Shown: positions 29,576 through 40,385, counted from the first letter of the stretch. The stretch is DNA of 64,000 nt from a virus (IMGVR_UViG_3300034157_000063), one strand, 5' to 3'. The notes: generated by a model from the letters alone, not told the origin. Numbers and translations are program-made.

Positions 29576-30736
29576 TTAAGGTTTTGACTTTTTAGTTTTT
29601 TTCTTTTCTACTTTCTCTACGGGTTTAACTTTATTTAGCTCATCAACTAACTCATTTTTAAGGTTTAATCGCCCTTTCATAAAATCGTTTAATGTGTAAG
29701 CAATTTGATACATACTCTTATCAGAGCTGGCGGCTTTTAATACGTTATGCAACTCAACACCACGGGTTACTTTTGCTTCGTTAATAGCCCCTTTTGAAAG
29801 TTCTTCTACAATAATTTCAAAAGCATTTTTATCAGATGTTTGTTGGCGAGCTTTACTGAATGTGAAACCTTTCATGATAGGATTCTTTGCAATAAATCTT
29901 TGTGTTAGTTTATCTTCTAGTGGTGCAATTTCATGGTCAAACTTAGTAGCCTCAATAGTATCAACGTCTTTGTACTTAGCTCTAACAATATCAGCAATTG
30001 CTTTTTCACTAAATCCTTTGGATTGCATAGAGTATTGACTATCAAATGCAAATGAAGTCTCTACATCATAATATCCAGATGGAGTGATTATCTTTTTAGC
30101 TATTTGACCGATAGCAAATCTCATACTGACACTGTGGTCATTGATTACTGAGAAATCAAAACCATTTCTATCAGCAGTTTTCAATGCAATATCATAGATA
30201 TCATCAACTAATGTTTTCAATTCAACACCATTTGATTGCTTGAATTTGTCAGCATTCACAATTTGTGATAAAAAGTTAACCATTTCAGCTTTATAGTTCT
30301 TACTAAAATCTTTTTTCAATATTTTATTATGGTAAGTTTCTAAGTCCTTCTCATAGTTTCTCATTTTGGAGAGTTGTTCTATTTTATCAGCTTTCAATTC
30401 TGCATTCACCACTTCTGACAAGCCGAAGTTATACGCAGCCGCATCAATGCACTTATTATAGTAATCTTTTTCAGTGTCGGGAATGTATTTATAATTTTTG
30501 GTGCTGTATTCATTAATTTTTTCTTTTAATGAGTCCATTTTAGTTTTATTAAGTTCTTGTGAGACAAAAGCTCCATTTCCAAGATTTTCAAACTTATAGT
30601 CTTTAAACGTCTTTATGAAGTCATCCACAAGTTTACTGTCTTTTTTGAATACAACAAACATCACTTTATTGGATAAGTCATCGACTGACTCGTATCTCTC
30701 AGTTATTTCTTGTAGTAATTTTTTTACTTCTGTCAT
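29576..30736 (-). CDS. hypothetical protein with Lys-rich tail
   Basis: 386-aa ORF. Confidence 0.75.
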   Translation of the reverse strand: MTEVKKLLQEITERYESVDDLSNKVMFVVFKKDSKLVDDFIKTFKDYKFENLGNGAFVSQELNKTKMDSLKEKINEYSTKNYKYIPDTEKDYYNKCIDAAAYNFGLSEVVNAELKADKIEQLSKMRNYEKDLETYHNKILKKDFSKNYKAEMVNFLSQIVNADKFKQSNGVELKTLVDDIYDIALKTADRNGFDFSVINDHSVSMRFAIGQIAKKIITPSGYYDVETSFAFDSQYSMQSKGFSEKAIADIVRAKYKDVDTIEATKFDHEIAPLEDKLTQRFIAKNPIMKGFTFSKARQQTSDKNAFEIIVEELSKGAINEAKVTRGVELHNVLKAASSDKSMYQIAYTLNDFMKGRLNLKNELVDELNKVKPVEKVEKKKTKKSKP

Positions 30737-30888
30737 AAATTCACCATTTGTTTATTCATTCCTTCATTATAGCATTTTTTATCTTTTTTAAAAGGCTTAT
30801 TTTTCACCTTTAATCAGCTATATTTTTACGTTGAATTGTTTTGTTTTTTGTGATAAAATAACATAATTATTAACATAGGTGCGACCCA

Positions 30889-31533
30889 GTGAATATCAAT
30901 GAATACTTAGAAGCTAACTTACATTTACCGGAACCTTTGAGAACCCAAGAAGCTCAATTGCAGTTTACATCGTTCTTTTATAAAACGAACAATAAAGATA
31001 TGGCATACCTTTTTGAAAATGTTAGCTTAATTGATTTTGCTTACTTCACATTTGAAGTTTACTTTAAAGAAATGTTTATGCATGGTTACCGATTGTCACC
31101 TGTACGATTGAAAAGTGGCTTCACTGCATTGCCTTTGGATATCATCGTTGAACGCCTCATTCAACATGACTATGTTAAGATTGCCTATCGAGGATCAACT
31201 CTTGACGACTATGATATGATTGCGGATGGCTTGGTGTATAGTCGTAATTTAGACAAATATCGTAAAGACTGTATGTACTTACCCGAAGTAATGAGAGATT
31301 TTCATTTTCAAAAATCAATGTTTAAAATGTTACATGATAAATATAGATTGACAGTTGGAAATCTTTCATGGGTGGGTGCTCATGTATTTATTACTGACTT
31401 TATTCATCATTATTTAGCGTATTCTGGCTTGGTCTTAAGGCGGGCAAGGCATAAGTTTGAGTTTAATGATTTAGAAGACGAAATAAGCTCATTTGAAAGT
31501 GTTCTTCGTAACAAACCTTTTCCGTTAAATTGA
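30889..31533 (+). CDS. conserved phage hypothetical protein with internal duplication
   Basis: Two LPE.(L/M)R repeats (LPEPLRTQ; LPEVMRDFHFQK..SWVGAHVF). Confidence 0.6.
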   Translation: MNINEYLEANLHLPEPLRTQEAQLQFTSFFYKTNNKDMAYLFENVSLIDFAYFTFEVYFKEMFMHGYRLSPVRLKSGFTALPLDIIVERLIQHDYVKIAYRGSTLDDYDMIADGLVYSRNLDKYRKDCMYLPEVMRDFHFQKSMFKMLHDKYRLTVGNLSWVGAHVFITDFIHHYLAYSGLVLRRARHKFEFNDLEDEISSFESVLRNKPFPLN

Positions 31534-31588
31534 TTAAACAAAAAAAGCCCTTAATGGGCTTTTTTGTTTTACTCTGTATGACTTTTTA

Positions 31589-32497
31589 TTATTTAACCAA
31601 GTCGATTTTAATGTCATAGTTTTCAGCAATAACTGCAGCCGTATTACCAGATGAAATCATTGCTGTGTAAGCATCAATCAATGGCTTATTTGTTTTGTTA
31701 GTGAAGTTAACAACCAATGTTGATTTATCAGTTTTGTAGAAATCTAATACTTTTGCCTGAGCACCACCCACTTCTGGAACGTTCTGTTTAATCTGAGCTT
31801 CAACGTATTCATTCATTCTTTTAACAAGTTCACCATCATTCATGGTTGGGTCTTGTGACTTAGCAGATTCCATTAATGTGCTTTTAAGGAAACGATCATT
31901 ATTAACTTTCAATGTCAACGTATCAAGTTTAGCCGCACTCACTTTACCAATGTAAGCCATTGGGTTTTCTGGTGGTGTATTATGCACTAAGGATCTTGAA
32001 AGATCTTTGGTAAGTGTTTCATACAAATCACCTACACCACTGATGTCAGCGTTATATTCTTGTGAAATATTTCCTTGTGTTTCTGAACCAACAAAAGCAG
32101 ATGTGGCTTGAAGAGCAATTTTACCTTCACCTGTCTTTGAAATTCCGAATGAGTTATTTGATGTATATTTCTGATCAGCCGTTGATTTGTAATCGTTTAA
32201 AGTGATTTCAACTTTATCAGAAAATACGTTTTCTTTGTTGTAGAACTTCAAACCTTTAACAGCCAAATTACCTTCTTGGGTCACTTCACCTGCTTTGATC
32301 TTCATATTATCTATTCTCAAAGTTCCTAACACAATGTTAGTGGATACATTACCTTCAACTTTGGTGCCGTAACTTGATTCGTTTGCTTTTTTAATTGAAG
32401 CATTCAACTCATTTTCTACTTTTAGGTTAGCATAGTATAAACCACCACCCACAGCAATTGCCAATCCAGCTACAACGTATATAACTTTTTTCATCAA
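31589..32497 (-). CDS. membrane-anchored or exported hypothetical protein
   Basis: N-terminal MKKVIYVVAGLAIAVGGGLYY anchor; GAGG SD. Confidence 0.7.
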   Translation of the reverse strand: MMKKVIYVVAGLAIAVGGGLYYANLKVENELNASIKKANESSYGTKVEGNVSTNIVLGTLRIDNMKIKAGEVTQEGNLAVKGLKFYNKENVFSDKVEITLNDYKSTADQKYTSNNSFGISKTGEGKIALQATSAFVGSETQGNISQEYNADISGVGDLYETLTKDLSRSLVHNTPPENPMAYIGKVSAAKLDTLTLKVNNDRFLKSTLMESAKSQDPTMNDGELVKRMNEYVEAQIKQNVPEVGGAQAKVLDFYKTDKSTLVVNFTNKTNKPLIDAYTAMISSGNTAAVIAENYDIKIDLVK

Positions 32498-32634
32498 ATA
32501 TCCTCTTTTTTAAATTAATAACTTCTATTATGACCATTTTTTATAAAAAAATCAAGATAGTAAAGCAATAATATTTCATCGACATAGATTGAGGATTGTG
32601 GTATAATGGTTTTATTCATTAGTGGAGCCGAACA

Positions 32635-33840
32635 ATGGACTTAAAAGATAAAATTAAGCAGCTAACAGAACGTTTAGACGCTGAAAAGCCTCAACCTGCT
32701 GTTGTTGCAAAAGAACAACCAAAACCTGTTGAACGGGAATATTTTGTTACATTATCGTTTGATAAGCGAAATGAGCTAATGCAAGGCATGTTGCCAGATA
32801 TGGTTGCTTTGGGTTTTCAGTTGGTTAATGAAACAGAAAAAACGCTACGTTATCATACAGCTCCACTTAAAAAAGATGATGCTGATGAACTGTTAAAATT
32901 TATGGAAAAAGTGAAAAAACAATCCTCTGATGTCTTTTATGATGTTGCTTTTGGCCGTTTACCCGATCATCCAGTGACGTATGCTGATGTTTGTAAATCT
33001 GGTGTTAGTCATGTTTATTCTTCTAAATATGTAACGGGTGAAGAAGCTAAGAATATTAGCGATCACATTAGAACAGAAGAATACCAACAAAGTCTTTTTG
33101 CTTTTGAAGCCAAATTGATTTCACCTAACTTTAAGTCTGAATTTTGTGATGCACTGATTGTCACTATTAAAGATTCTGTCGATTTGGGCAACATGACATC
33201 CGCCTTCCTTACAGAAGACCCTGTTCGTTCGATGGTGTATGAAGCTTTTGATTTTACGTTGAAGATTGGTCATAACGCTATGATGAACTTTCATTCAGAG
33301 CATTACCCACATATGTATAGTGTTGATACTGCTGTTGATAGAAGTGATACCTATGCTCGTGAAGTTAAAGACTCTCTTCGTGAAGTTAAAGTGAATGATT
33401 ACCATGAAGCTGTGGGTAAAATACTGGATGAACGTTACTTGTTTTGTGATACCATGAAAGCGTTGAAAACGTTTAAAGAAATGAAACCATTTCCAAAAGA
33501 ACTGGACACCGAACAAACCTCAGATGATGGATTTAGTGCTCATTACTTTTTAAGCACTGATCATATGGATCGTGGTTATGGAAATGTAAAAGATGAAGTG
33601 TGTAGAATTGTTGTAAAAACAGCTCTTGATTACATTAAAATGAATAAAGCTCATGAACTTCATATGAAAATGAACGCTATTAATGCTGGCAGTCGTGAAA
33701 TGGCCGATATCATGATAGACTCTTTCAAAGATCGGGCTAATGTGAGAGAATGGCAAACCATTGTGGGTAATCCTATTCAAGCTCCATCGGAACCCGATGC
33801 TTATGTTATGAAGCGTGTTAAAAAGTTTAAGCCTAGTTAA
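32635..33840 (+). CDS. hypothetical protein
   Basis: 401-aa ORF with GGAG SD and TGGTATAAT promoter. Confidence 0.75.
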   Translation: MDLKDKIKQLTERLDAEKPQPAVVAKEQPKPVEREYFVTLSFDKRNELMQGMLPDMVALGFQLVNETEKTLRYHTAPLKKDDADELLKFMEKVKKQSSDVFYDVAFGRLPDHPVTYADVCKSGVSHVYSSKYVTGEEAKNISDHIRTEEYQQSLFAFEAKLISPNFKSEFCDALIVTIKDSVDLGNMTSAFLTEDPVRSMVYEAFDFTLKIGHNAMMNFHSEHYPHMYSVDTAVDRSDTYAREVKDSLREVKVNDYHEAVGKILDERYLFCDTMKALKTFKEMKPFPKELDTEQTSDDGFSAHYFLSTDHMDRGYGNVKDEVCRIVVKTALDYIKMNKAHELHMKMNAINAGSREMADIMIDSFKDRANVREWQTIVGNPIQAPSEPDAYVMKRVKKFKPS

Positions 33841-33913
33841 GATGGCGATGTAAACGCATTAAAATGGAAGCCTGTAGAGGGCTTCTTTTGATCAAACTAC
33901 TTGGAGATTAATT

Positions 33914-34765
33914 ATGATTGGTGGAATTATTGGTGACATTATCGGTTCAGTCTACGAAGGTAAGCAATGGGATAAACGCGATCTTCCTTTGTTTCAAGAA
34001 TTTCCCTTTACTGATGTCTCCGATGTGTTGAAAAATACCAAATGGGTTCGCACTACGCCGGGATGGACAGATGACAGCTTGTGTACACTTGCCCTTTTCT
34101 CAGCCTATATTAATAAAAGAAGTCCAGTAGATGAGTTAGTTCGTTTATGTAAGAAATACGCCACAGAAGCGACTGGTTTTGGGGGCAACTTTACAAAGTG
34201 GTTAGATAATCCTGTGCCTTATGGATCTTATGCGAACGGTTCCATCATGCGTATTGGTTTCATTAACCATCTTGATCTGCCACTTCAAGATAAACTCGAT
34301 TTGGCTTACGATTACACTGTTATTTCTCACAACCACGAAGACAGCACATCAGCAGTTCTTGATTTTGTTCTGTTGGTTGAAAACTTGAAGTTTCTTGAAA
34401 TTGAAGAAAAAAAGAATGTGATTGCTGCTTATCTTGAAAAAGCGGGATGGACTGAAACAGTTGAAACGCTTCATGCTAAGAAAACATTTGATATGAATGC
34501 TTTAGTGACATTTAAGCAAGCTTTGACAATTGTATTAGAAAGTAATTCTTTTGAAGAAGTCATGAAGCTTTGTTGTTATGTAGGTGGTGATACCGATACG
34601 ATTGCTTGTGTCGCTGGTAATATTGCTGAACATCTATGGGCTATTCCAACGGATTTGTTTAATTACATGTTTGATACCTTTTATACAAATAAGGTTGATG
34701 AAATGGAATTGTTTGCCTTGATTAATTTATTTGTATTAAAACATTCAGTGTCTGTTGTTAAATAG
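33914..34765 (+). CDS. ADP-ribosylglycohydrolase (ARH/DraG family)
   Basis: GGIIGDIIGS, WTDDS, SYANGSIMR, SHNH, GGDTDTIACVAG. Confidence 0.9.
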   Translation: MIGGIIGDIIGSVYEGKQWDKRDLPLFQEFPFTDVSDVLKNTKWVRTTPGWTDDSLCTLALFSAYINKRSPVDELVRLCKKYATEATGFGGNFTKWLDNPVPYGSYANGSIMRIGFINHLDLPLQDKLDLAYDYTVISHNHEDSTSAVLDFVLLVENLKFLEIEEKKNVIAAYLEKAGWTETVETLHAKKTFDMNALVTFKQALTIVLESNSFEEVMKLCCYVGGDTDTIACVAGNIAEHLWAIPTDLFNYMFDTFYTNKVDEMELFALINLFVLKHSVSVVK

Positions 34766-34778
34766 GAGCAGTATTACA

Positions 34779-35471
34779 ATGTCAAACTATCAAATTATAG
34801 TTAAAAGTCGTGATGAGTTGAATAAGTATATGAATGATCCTGCTAAATTTACCAGCATCATGCGACATGATTTGCCGTGGATTAAAGAGCTTGGGTTTAT
34901 TGAATGTTCTATGTATCAAGAAGAACACGAATATTCAAGGAACTATTATAAAATATTTGGTGATGAGATCCTGATGTTACACCTAAGAACTCAGAATTTA
35001 GCAGAAGGGAAATTTGATATTCGAAAAAAAATGAGACTTATTAATAATGAAGAAGTCATTAAACATATTAATTTACCGGCTAATTTTATAAATGCCCCTT
35101 ATGGCATTGATGTTGAAGATTATTTTGTAAAAAGTGATGATATTAATATGCCTAGTATTCTATCTTACTTAACTATTCGTATTGAAAGCTTTTATTATGA
35201 TATTAGTGGTGATTACAAGAAAATTAGCAAATATATCAATATTGATAAAATTGAATTCAATCAATACAGTAAATCTGATTTTTATCTTTCTTGCGTAGAG
35301 TTCATGGATGGTAATCTTTCAAAAATTGAAGTCACTACTGATGACATCAAAAGATCAGGCTATTCACTGGGTGAATTTATTCCTAAAATGCCTGATGTTA
35401 CTGATTTTTTTGACTATGATAAACAGTTTACACAGAATATGAAATTCATTTACTCTGCATTGGTGATTTAA
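34779..35471 (+). CDS. hypothetical protein, tandem paralog A (C-terminus ..FIYSALVI)
   Basis: LRTQN..EGKFDIRKK and MPSILSYL shared with the next gene. Confidence 0.75.
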   Translation: MSNYQIIVKSRDELNKYMNDPAKFTSIMRHDLPWIKELGFIECSMYQEEHEYSRNYYKIFGDEILMLHLRTQNLAEGKFDIRKKMRLINNEEVIKHINLPANFINAPYGIDVEDYFVKSDDINMPSILSYLTIRIESFYYDISGDYKKISKYINIDKIEFNQYSKSDFYLSCVEFMDGNLSKIEVTTDDIKRSGYSLGEFIPKMPDVTDFFDYDKQFTQNMKFIYSALVI

Positions 35472-35529
35472 ACTGATGTTTTTAGTTTACGTGACAATTT
35501 AAAATTATACTTTGGAGGTTATCAATCAT

Positions 35530-36222
35530 ATGAGTCAATATACAGCCACAGCACAATCAGCTTCTGATCTGAAACGATACCTTTACCAAAATGAAGTATT
35601 CATTAGTGTTCATCAAAACAACATGGGATGGCTTCAAGAAATAGGTTTCAGACCTTATACGCCGTCTGAAATGAAAGTGTTTAGTCAAAATCCTAAGTTC
35701 TATAAGATTGAAGATGATCATATTTTCTTTATTTTGTTTAGAACACAAGATCCTAATGCTGGTAAGTATGATGTTCGTGAAAAATACAAACTATTAAAAA
35801 GTGATAAGCTTATTCAGAAGCTTAAAATGAATGACGACATCTTTGATGATTTTTTACAATACATGACGCCATCTGTTGATATTAAAATCCCTAGCATGAT
35901 TATGTATATGTCGATTGAGCGTAATTATATTTACTACGATGAGAATAGGAATAAAAAGAAGTTATCTTATTTTGTCAATGTCGATAGAATTGTATTGAAG
36001 ACTGATTCTGATCGTGATTTTTATATTTCTACCATTCACTTTGAGAATGGCAAGCTGCATTATATAGAAGTCATGATTGATGGTGTTATTAAATCTGGCG
36101 AACCGTTAAAAAGTGTTTGGAATGAATTATCCGTATTGACGCCGACATTGGAAGAGTTCTTTAATTTTGAAGTTGACTTAACAGATGAGATGAAGTTTTT
36201 GTTTGAAGCTGTGGCTATTTAA
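35530..36222 (+). CDS. hypothetical protein, tandem paralog B (C-terminus ..FLFEAVAI)
   Basis: FRTQD..AGKYDVREK and IPSMIMYM; GGAGG SD. Confidence 0.75.
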   Translation: MSQYTATAQSASDLKRYLYQNEVFISVHQNNMGWLQEIGFRPYTPSEMKVFSQNPKFYKIEDDHIFFILFRTQDPNAGKYDVREKYKLLKSDKLIQKLKMNDDIFDDFLQYMTPSVDIKIPSMIMYMSIERNYIYYDENRNKKKLSYFVNVDRIVLKTDSDRDFYISTIHFENGKLHYIEVMIDGVIKSGEPLKSVWNELSVLTPTLEEFFNFEVDLTDEMKFLFEAVAI

Positions 36223-36235
36223 TGATTTTACCAAG

Positions 36236-36423
36236 AATCCGTTATACTACATACAAAGGCAAAATATAGTTCTGTTTTTACTTGTTTGTTCTATTTCATT
36301 AAAAAAATGGAATGTAATAATCCGTTATATCTATATATCGACCATTTGTAAAAATCCGTTTTAGCCAAGACAATTCGCCATGTCTTGGTTTTTTTTTGTA
36401 ATATTTTGACATAAATCCGTTAT
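36236..36423. repeat. four dispersed copies of AATCCGTT(A/T)T
   Basis: Copies at 36236, 36319, 36353 and 36414. Confidence 0.7.
36365..36397 (+). terminator. intrinsic terminator
   Basis: CCAAGACA-N8-TGTCTTGG plus T9. Confidence 0.8.
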
Positions 36424-36453
36424 AATAAAATACAAACTGGCAATTGTAGACTC

Positions 36454-36481
36454 TTGACAACTTAAAAAAAAAATATATACT
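36454..36481 (+). promoter_or_regulatory. sigma70-type promoter for dnaK
   Basis: TTGACA-16-TATACT. Confidence 0.65.
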
Positions 36482-36553
36482 TATTGATTGAAGAATGTCT
36501 TCGGAGTTCTTCACAATAAACTAAACTAAATCTGCCGAATGGGGGTATTAAAA

Positions 36554-38458
36554 ATGAGTAAAGTAATTGGTATTGACTTAGGTACAACAAATTCTTGTGT
36601 ATCTATATTTGAAAATGGTAAACAAAAAGTAATTGAGAACGCTGAAGGAGCAAGAACTACTCCATCTATCGTCTCTTATAGCAAAGAAGGTGAAACTTTG
36701 GTTGGGCAACCAGCAAAAAGACAATCTATCACCAACCCAACACAAACGTTCCACGCCATCAAACGACTTATTGGTCGTAAATTTGATGAAGAGGCTGTAC
36801 AAAAAGACATCAAGCTTGTCCCTTACAAAATTGTAAAGGCTGACAATGGTGATGCATGGGTAGAAGTTAAAGGTAAGAAGACTTCACCACAACAAATCTC
36901 AGCCGAAATTTTGATGAAAATGAAGAAAACTGCAGAAGACTACTTGGGTGAACCAGTGACAGAAGCTGTTATTACTGTGCCTGCTTACTTCAATGATAGT
37001 CAGAGACAAGCCACTAAGGATGCTGGTCGTATCGCTGGTTTGGACGTAAAACGTATTATTAACGAACCAACAGCGGCTGCATTGGCTTATGGCATGGACA
37101 AGTTGAAAAAAGATAGCACCATTATTGTTTATGACTTGGGTGGTGGTACTTTTGACGTGTCCGTTATTGAGATTGCAGAAGTTGATGGTGAGTCTCAGTT
37201 TGAAGTGCTTGCAACCAATGGTGATACATTCCTTGGTGGTGAAGACTTTGACAACTTACTTATTGAATACATTGTCAATGAGTTTAAGAAAGAAAGTGGT
37301 ATTGATATTAAACAAGACCCACTCGCTATGCAACGTATCAGAGATGCGGCTGAGAAAGCTAAAATTGAGTTGTCTTCAACTCAACAAACTGATGTGAACT
37401 TGCCTTATGTAACGGCTGATAGTTCTGGTCCTAAACACTTGAACGTTATTATCACCAGAGCTAAGTTCGAAGGTTTGGTAGAAGAATTGGTTGAAAGAAC
37501 TATTCTTCCATGCAAAACAGCTCTAAAAGATGCGGGTATTGAATTGTCAGCTATTGATGAAGTTATCTTGGTTGGTGGTCAGACTCGTATGCCACTTGTG
37601 CAAAAACGTGTTACCGAATTTTTTGGTAAGGAACCACGTAAAGATGTAAACCCTGATGAAGCTGTGGCTATTGGTGCAGCTATTCAAGCAGGTGTTATCA
37701 CAGGTGCTGTGACTGACGTATTGTTGTTAGACGTAACGCCATTGACGTTAGGTATTGAAACAATGGGTGGTGTATTTACTCCATTGATTCCTAAGAACAC
37801 TACTATTCCAACGAAGAAGACAGAAATGTGTTCAACAGCGGACGATAATCAAACTGCAGTAACTGTTCATGTGTTGCAAGGTGAACGTAAACAAGCGTCT
37901 GGTAACAAATCATTGGGTCGTTTTGATTTGAGAGACATTGCACCAGCACCAAAAGGCCAACCTCAAATTGAGATTACTTTTGATATTGATGCGAACGGTA
38001 TTTTGAATGTGTCTGCTAAGGACAAGAATACTGGTAAGTCTCAATCTGTTGTGATTAAAGCCAACTCTGGTTTGAGTGAAGCTGAAATTCAACAAATGAT
38101 TAATGACGCTGAAAAGAACAAATCAGATGATGAGAAGTTTGCTGCATTAGCTGATAGCCGTAACAAGGCTGACCATTTGGTTCACGAAGCTCGTAAAGTA
38201 ATGAATGAACCAAACTTGGATAGCACTGATAGATTGAATCTTGAAAACGCTATTTCCGATTTAGCTGGTTTGATTAAATCTGGATCTAAGACAGAACTTG
38301 ATTCTCGCTATGCCAGCCTTGAAAAAGTTCTTCATGGTATTACTTCTAAGCAATACCAGCCTGATCAAGCTCAACAGGCACAACAGCAACAAGGTCAGAA
38401 TCAAGGCACTAGTCAAGATGATGATTATATTGATGCTGAGTTTGAAGAACACAAGTAA
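36554..38458 (+). CDS. dnaK: Hsp70 chaperone DnaK
   Basis: [62 protein letters not shown]-terminal DAEFEE. Confidence 0.98.
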   Translation: MSKVIGIDLGTTNSCVSIFENGKQKVIENAEGARTTPSIVSYSKEGETLVGQPAKRQSITNPTQTFHAIKRLIGRKFDEEAVQKDIKLVPYKIVKADNGDAWVEVKGKKTSPQQISAEILMKMKKTAEDYLGEPVTEAVITVPAYFNDSQRQATKDAGRIAGLDVKRIINEPTAAALAYGMDKLKKDSTIIVYDLGGGTFDVSVIEIAEVDGESQFEVLATNGDTFLGGEDFDNLLIEYIVNEFKKESGIDIKQDPLAMQRIRDAAEKAKIELSSTQQTDVNLPYVTADSSGPKHLNVIITRAKFEGLVEELVERTILPCKTALKDAGIELSAIDEVILVGGQTRMPLVQKRVTEFFGKEPRKDVNPDEAVAIGAAIQAGVITGAVTDVLLLDVTPLTLGIETMGGVFTPLIPKNTTIPTKKTEMCSTADDNQTAVTVHVLQGERKQASGNKSLGRFDLRDIAPAPKGQPQIEITFDIDANGILNVSAKDKNTGKSQSVVIKANSGLSEAEIQQMINDAEKNKSDDEKFAALADSRNKADHLVHEARKVMNEPNLDSTDRLNLENAISDLAGLIKSGSKTELDSRYASLEKVLHGITSKQYQPDQAQQAQQQQGQNQGTSQDDDYIDAEFEEHK

Positions 38459-38471
38459 TTTGATGGAAATG

Positions 38472-38500
38472 AAAGCAGCCTCTTCGGAGGCTGTTTTTTT
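38472..38500 (+). terminator. intrinsic terminator after dnaK
   Basis: GCAGCCTC-TTCG-GAGGCTGT plus T-run. Confidence 0.85.
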
Positions 38501-38595
38501 GTCTGCTGTTTAAGTGTTAAAAAATCATTATTCTGTAGACTTTTAAACTGTCTTCATTGATAGTCATGACAATAAAAATGGATCTAGTTTATTAA

Positions 38596-39708
38596 TCATA
38601 TATGTAACATCTCATATACTTTAATGTGGCTTAATGTAATATTGTTATCACCATTACCAATAGTTTGATTAATTTCATCTCTAATGGTGCCTAATAAATA
38701 ATTGTAAACATCGTGAAGACTTTCTGATGTTTTTGTATTTAATTGTGATGTATAGCTATATGTATGATCATTTTTACCTATCGAGAGATCTATTAGATTA
38801 TCGAAGGTGTAGACATAAAAAATATTACTTAAATTGTTTGTTTTGTCGATATAATCATAACAATATCGGCACTCAAAAAATATCATAGGATTTTCGGACT
38901 TCATCTTGAAATAAAACATTATTAAATTCATTAATTGTTTCATTATAGCCCATTCATTTTTATCTTTCATGATCTCATTAAAGATGGTTAATACTGTTTC
39001 ATTGTGATCTTGATCAATTGAAACCATACCTGCATTGATAACAGTATTTTTTAAATTCTTTTGAATGGCGTTTTTAAGTTCTTCACTGTCTTTATAATTA
39101 TATTTTTTATTTATAAACTGTTCATTTCTTATTTCTTTTATACTTTTGCTCATGAAACTTATAAATTCACAGGAATCTAACTGATCAAATGAGAAGCCCG
39201 CTTTTAACATAATTATTTCTTTCAACTCATTTAAGACATTATCTAAATTTACATTGAGTTGACTATAATTTGATGGTTTTGTAGTCCAATTATTTTCATT
39301 GTTAATCACAGAAAGTGTCATAAGATCATCCGCTGATATATTAAGCTTTACTGATGAATTCCAGCGAAACTCTATATCATTAATGATTTTTGTATCTTTC
39401 TTGTATTTTATTGTTATTTGATTACGAGTTGACTTATATGTATGTCCATATAATAGTTGACAACAAAAAATTTTAAAGCTTTCAAATGTATTTTTTTGTT
39501 CTTCTGTTTTAAATAGAATATCATCCAAGAAATGAATATCATTATGTTTTATTTCAATATAATGCGAATGATGTCCTTTATGGTAGTAGTTAGAAAATCC
39601 ACTCTCCATCTCTCGAAAAGATTTATAGGATGTGTATTTATTTTGGATGTTTTTAGAATCAACATAGTCATCGACAGATTCAAGTATTTTATTAATAAGA
39701 GTAATCAT
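38596..39708 (-). CDS. hypothetical protein with shared C-terminal motif (..KVYEMLHI)
   Basis: 370-aa AT-rich ORF; AAGGA SD. Confidence 0.7.
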   Translation of the reverse strand: MITLINKILESVDDYVDSKNIQNKYTSYKSFREMESGFSNYYHKGHHSHYIEIKHNDIHFLDDILFKTEEQKNTFESFKIFCCQLLYGHTYKSTRNQITIKYKKDTKIINDIEFRWNSSVKLNISADDLMTLSVINNENNWTTKPSNYSQLNVNLDNVLNELKEIIMLKAGFSFDQLDSCEFISFMSKSIKEIRNEQFINKKYNYKDSEELKNAIQKNLKNTVINAGMVSIDQDHNETVLTIFNEIMKDKNEWAIMKQLMNLIMFYFKMKSENPMIFFECRYCYDYIDKTNNLSNIFYVYTFDNLIDLSIGKNDHTYSYTSQLNTKTSESLHDVYNYLLGTIRDEINQTIGNGDNNITLSHIKVYEMLHI

Positions 39709-39818
39709 TTAATATCCTTAAAATAGAATTTTTAAATTAAGCATTATTATAACATATTCAGCTAAATAATAAATAAAAAAAGACACCTGAGTGCCTTTTT
39801 TATTTTGTTGCTTGTTAC

Positions 39819-40385
39819 TTACAGTTTTGCAAGGTTAGCGTTGTAATACTTATCAATACCCGTCACTTCTTTTCCCGCCCACTCTGGGATTTCAATAACT
39901 TCACCCGGAGTTTCATATTCAACTTCGGCAATAGGTTCAAGATGAGCATGTTTGCCGGTGAAAACATCGACTTCGTAAACGTAGTCACCTACTTTCACAT
40001 AGCTACGAATTTTTGAAATGAAACTATCGCATAATGGCAATAACATCTCATATTCTTCTTTCGATAGGCTTGGCTCTACTTCAACTTTGCTGTCTACAAC
40101 ACCAATATCAATTTTTAGCGTAATCTTAAATTTGCCAGATTTATCTCTGATACGCAGCACTTTTTCTGGCTTGTCTAAGTGTTCCATCAATTGGGCAGTA
40201 TCTTCCGGTGTAATGGGTTTACGCAGGATAGTAAAACCAAAGTCTAAGATAAGCCAGTTAGGTTTGACAGAGATTGTAACTTTACTCAGATCAATATAGC
40301 CTTGATGAATGTCATCTTTATTAGAGACACCTTTTTTCCAGTTATCATTCTTTAATAAGAACTTTCTTTCGTTTTCAAAAGCCAT
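39819..40385 (-). CDS. CYTH domain protein (triphosphate tunnel metalloenzyme)
   Basis: ENERKFLL (ExExKF), QGY, LRIR, KITLK, YEVDVF, IAEVE, EWAGKEVTG..Y.NANLA. Confidence 0.9.
   Translation of the reverse strand: MAFENERKFLLKNDNWKKGVSNKDDIHQGYIDLSKVTISVKPNWLILDFGFTILRKPITPEDTAQLMEHLDKPEKVLRIRDKSGKFKITLKIDIGVVDSKVEVEPSLSKEEYEMLLPLCDSFISKIRSYVKVGDYVYEVDVFTGKHAHLEPIAEVEYETPGEVIEIPEWAGKEVTGIDKYYNANLAKL

Noticed and set aside
36240-36553. Heat-shock control elements (CIRCE, sigma32 promoter) upstream of dnaK
   Set aside because: Neither TTAGCACTC-N9-GAGTGCTAA nor a CTTGAA...CCCCAT pair is present; TTGACA-9-TATAAT at 36407 has the wrong spacing for a promoter.
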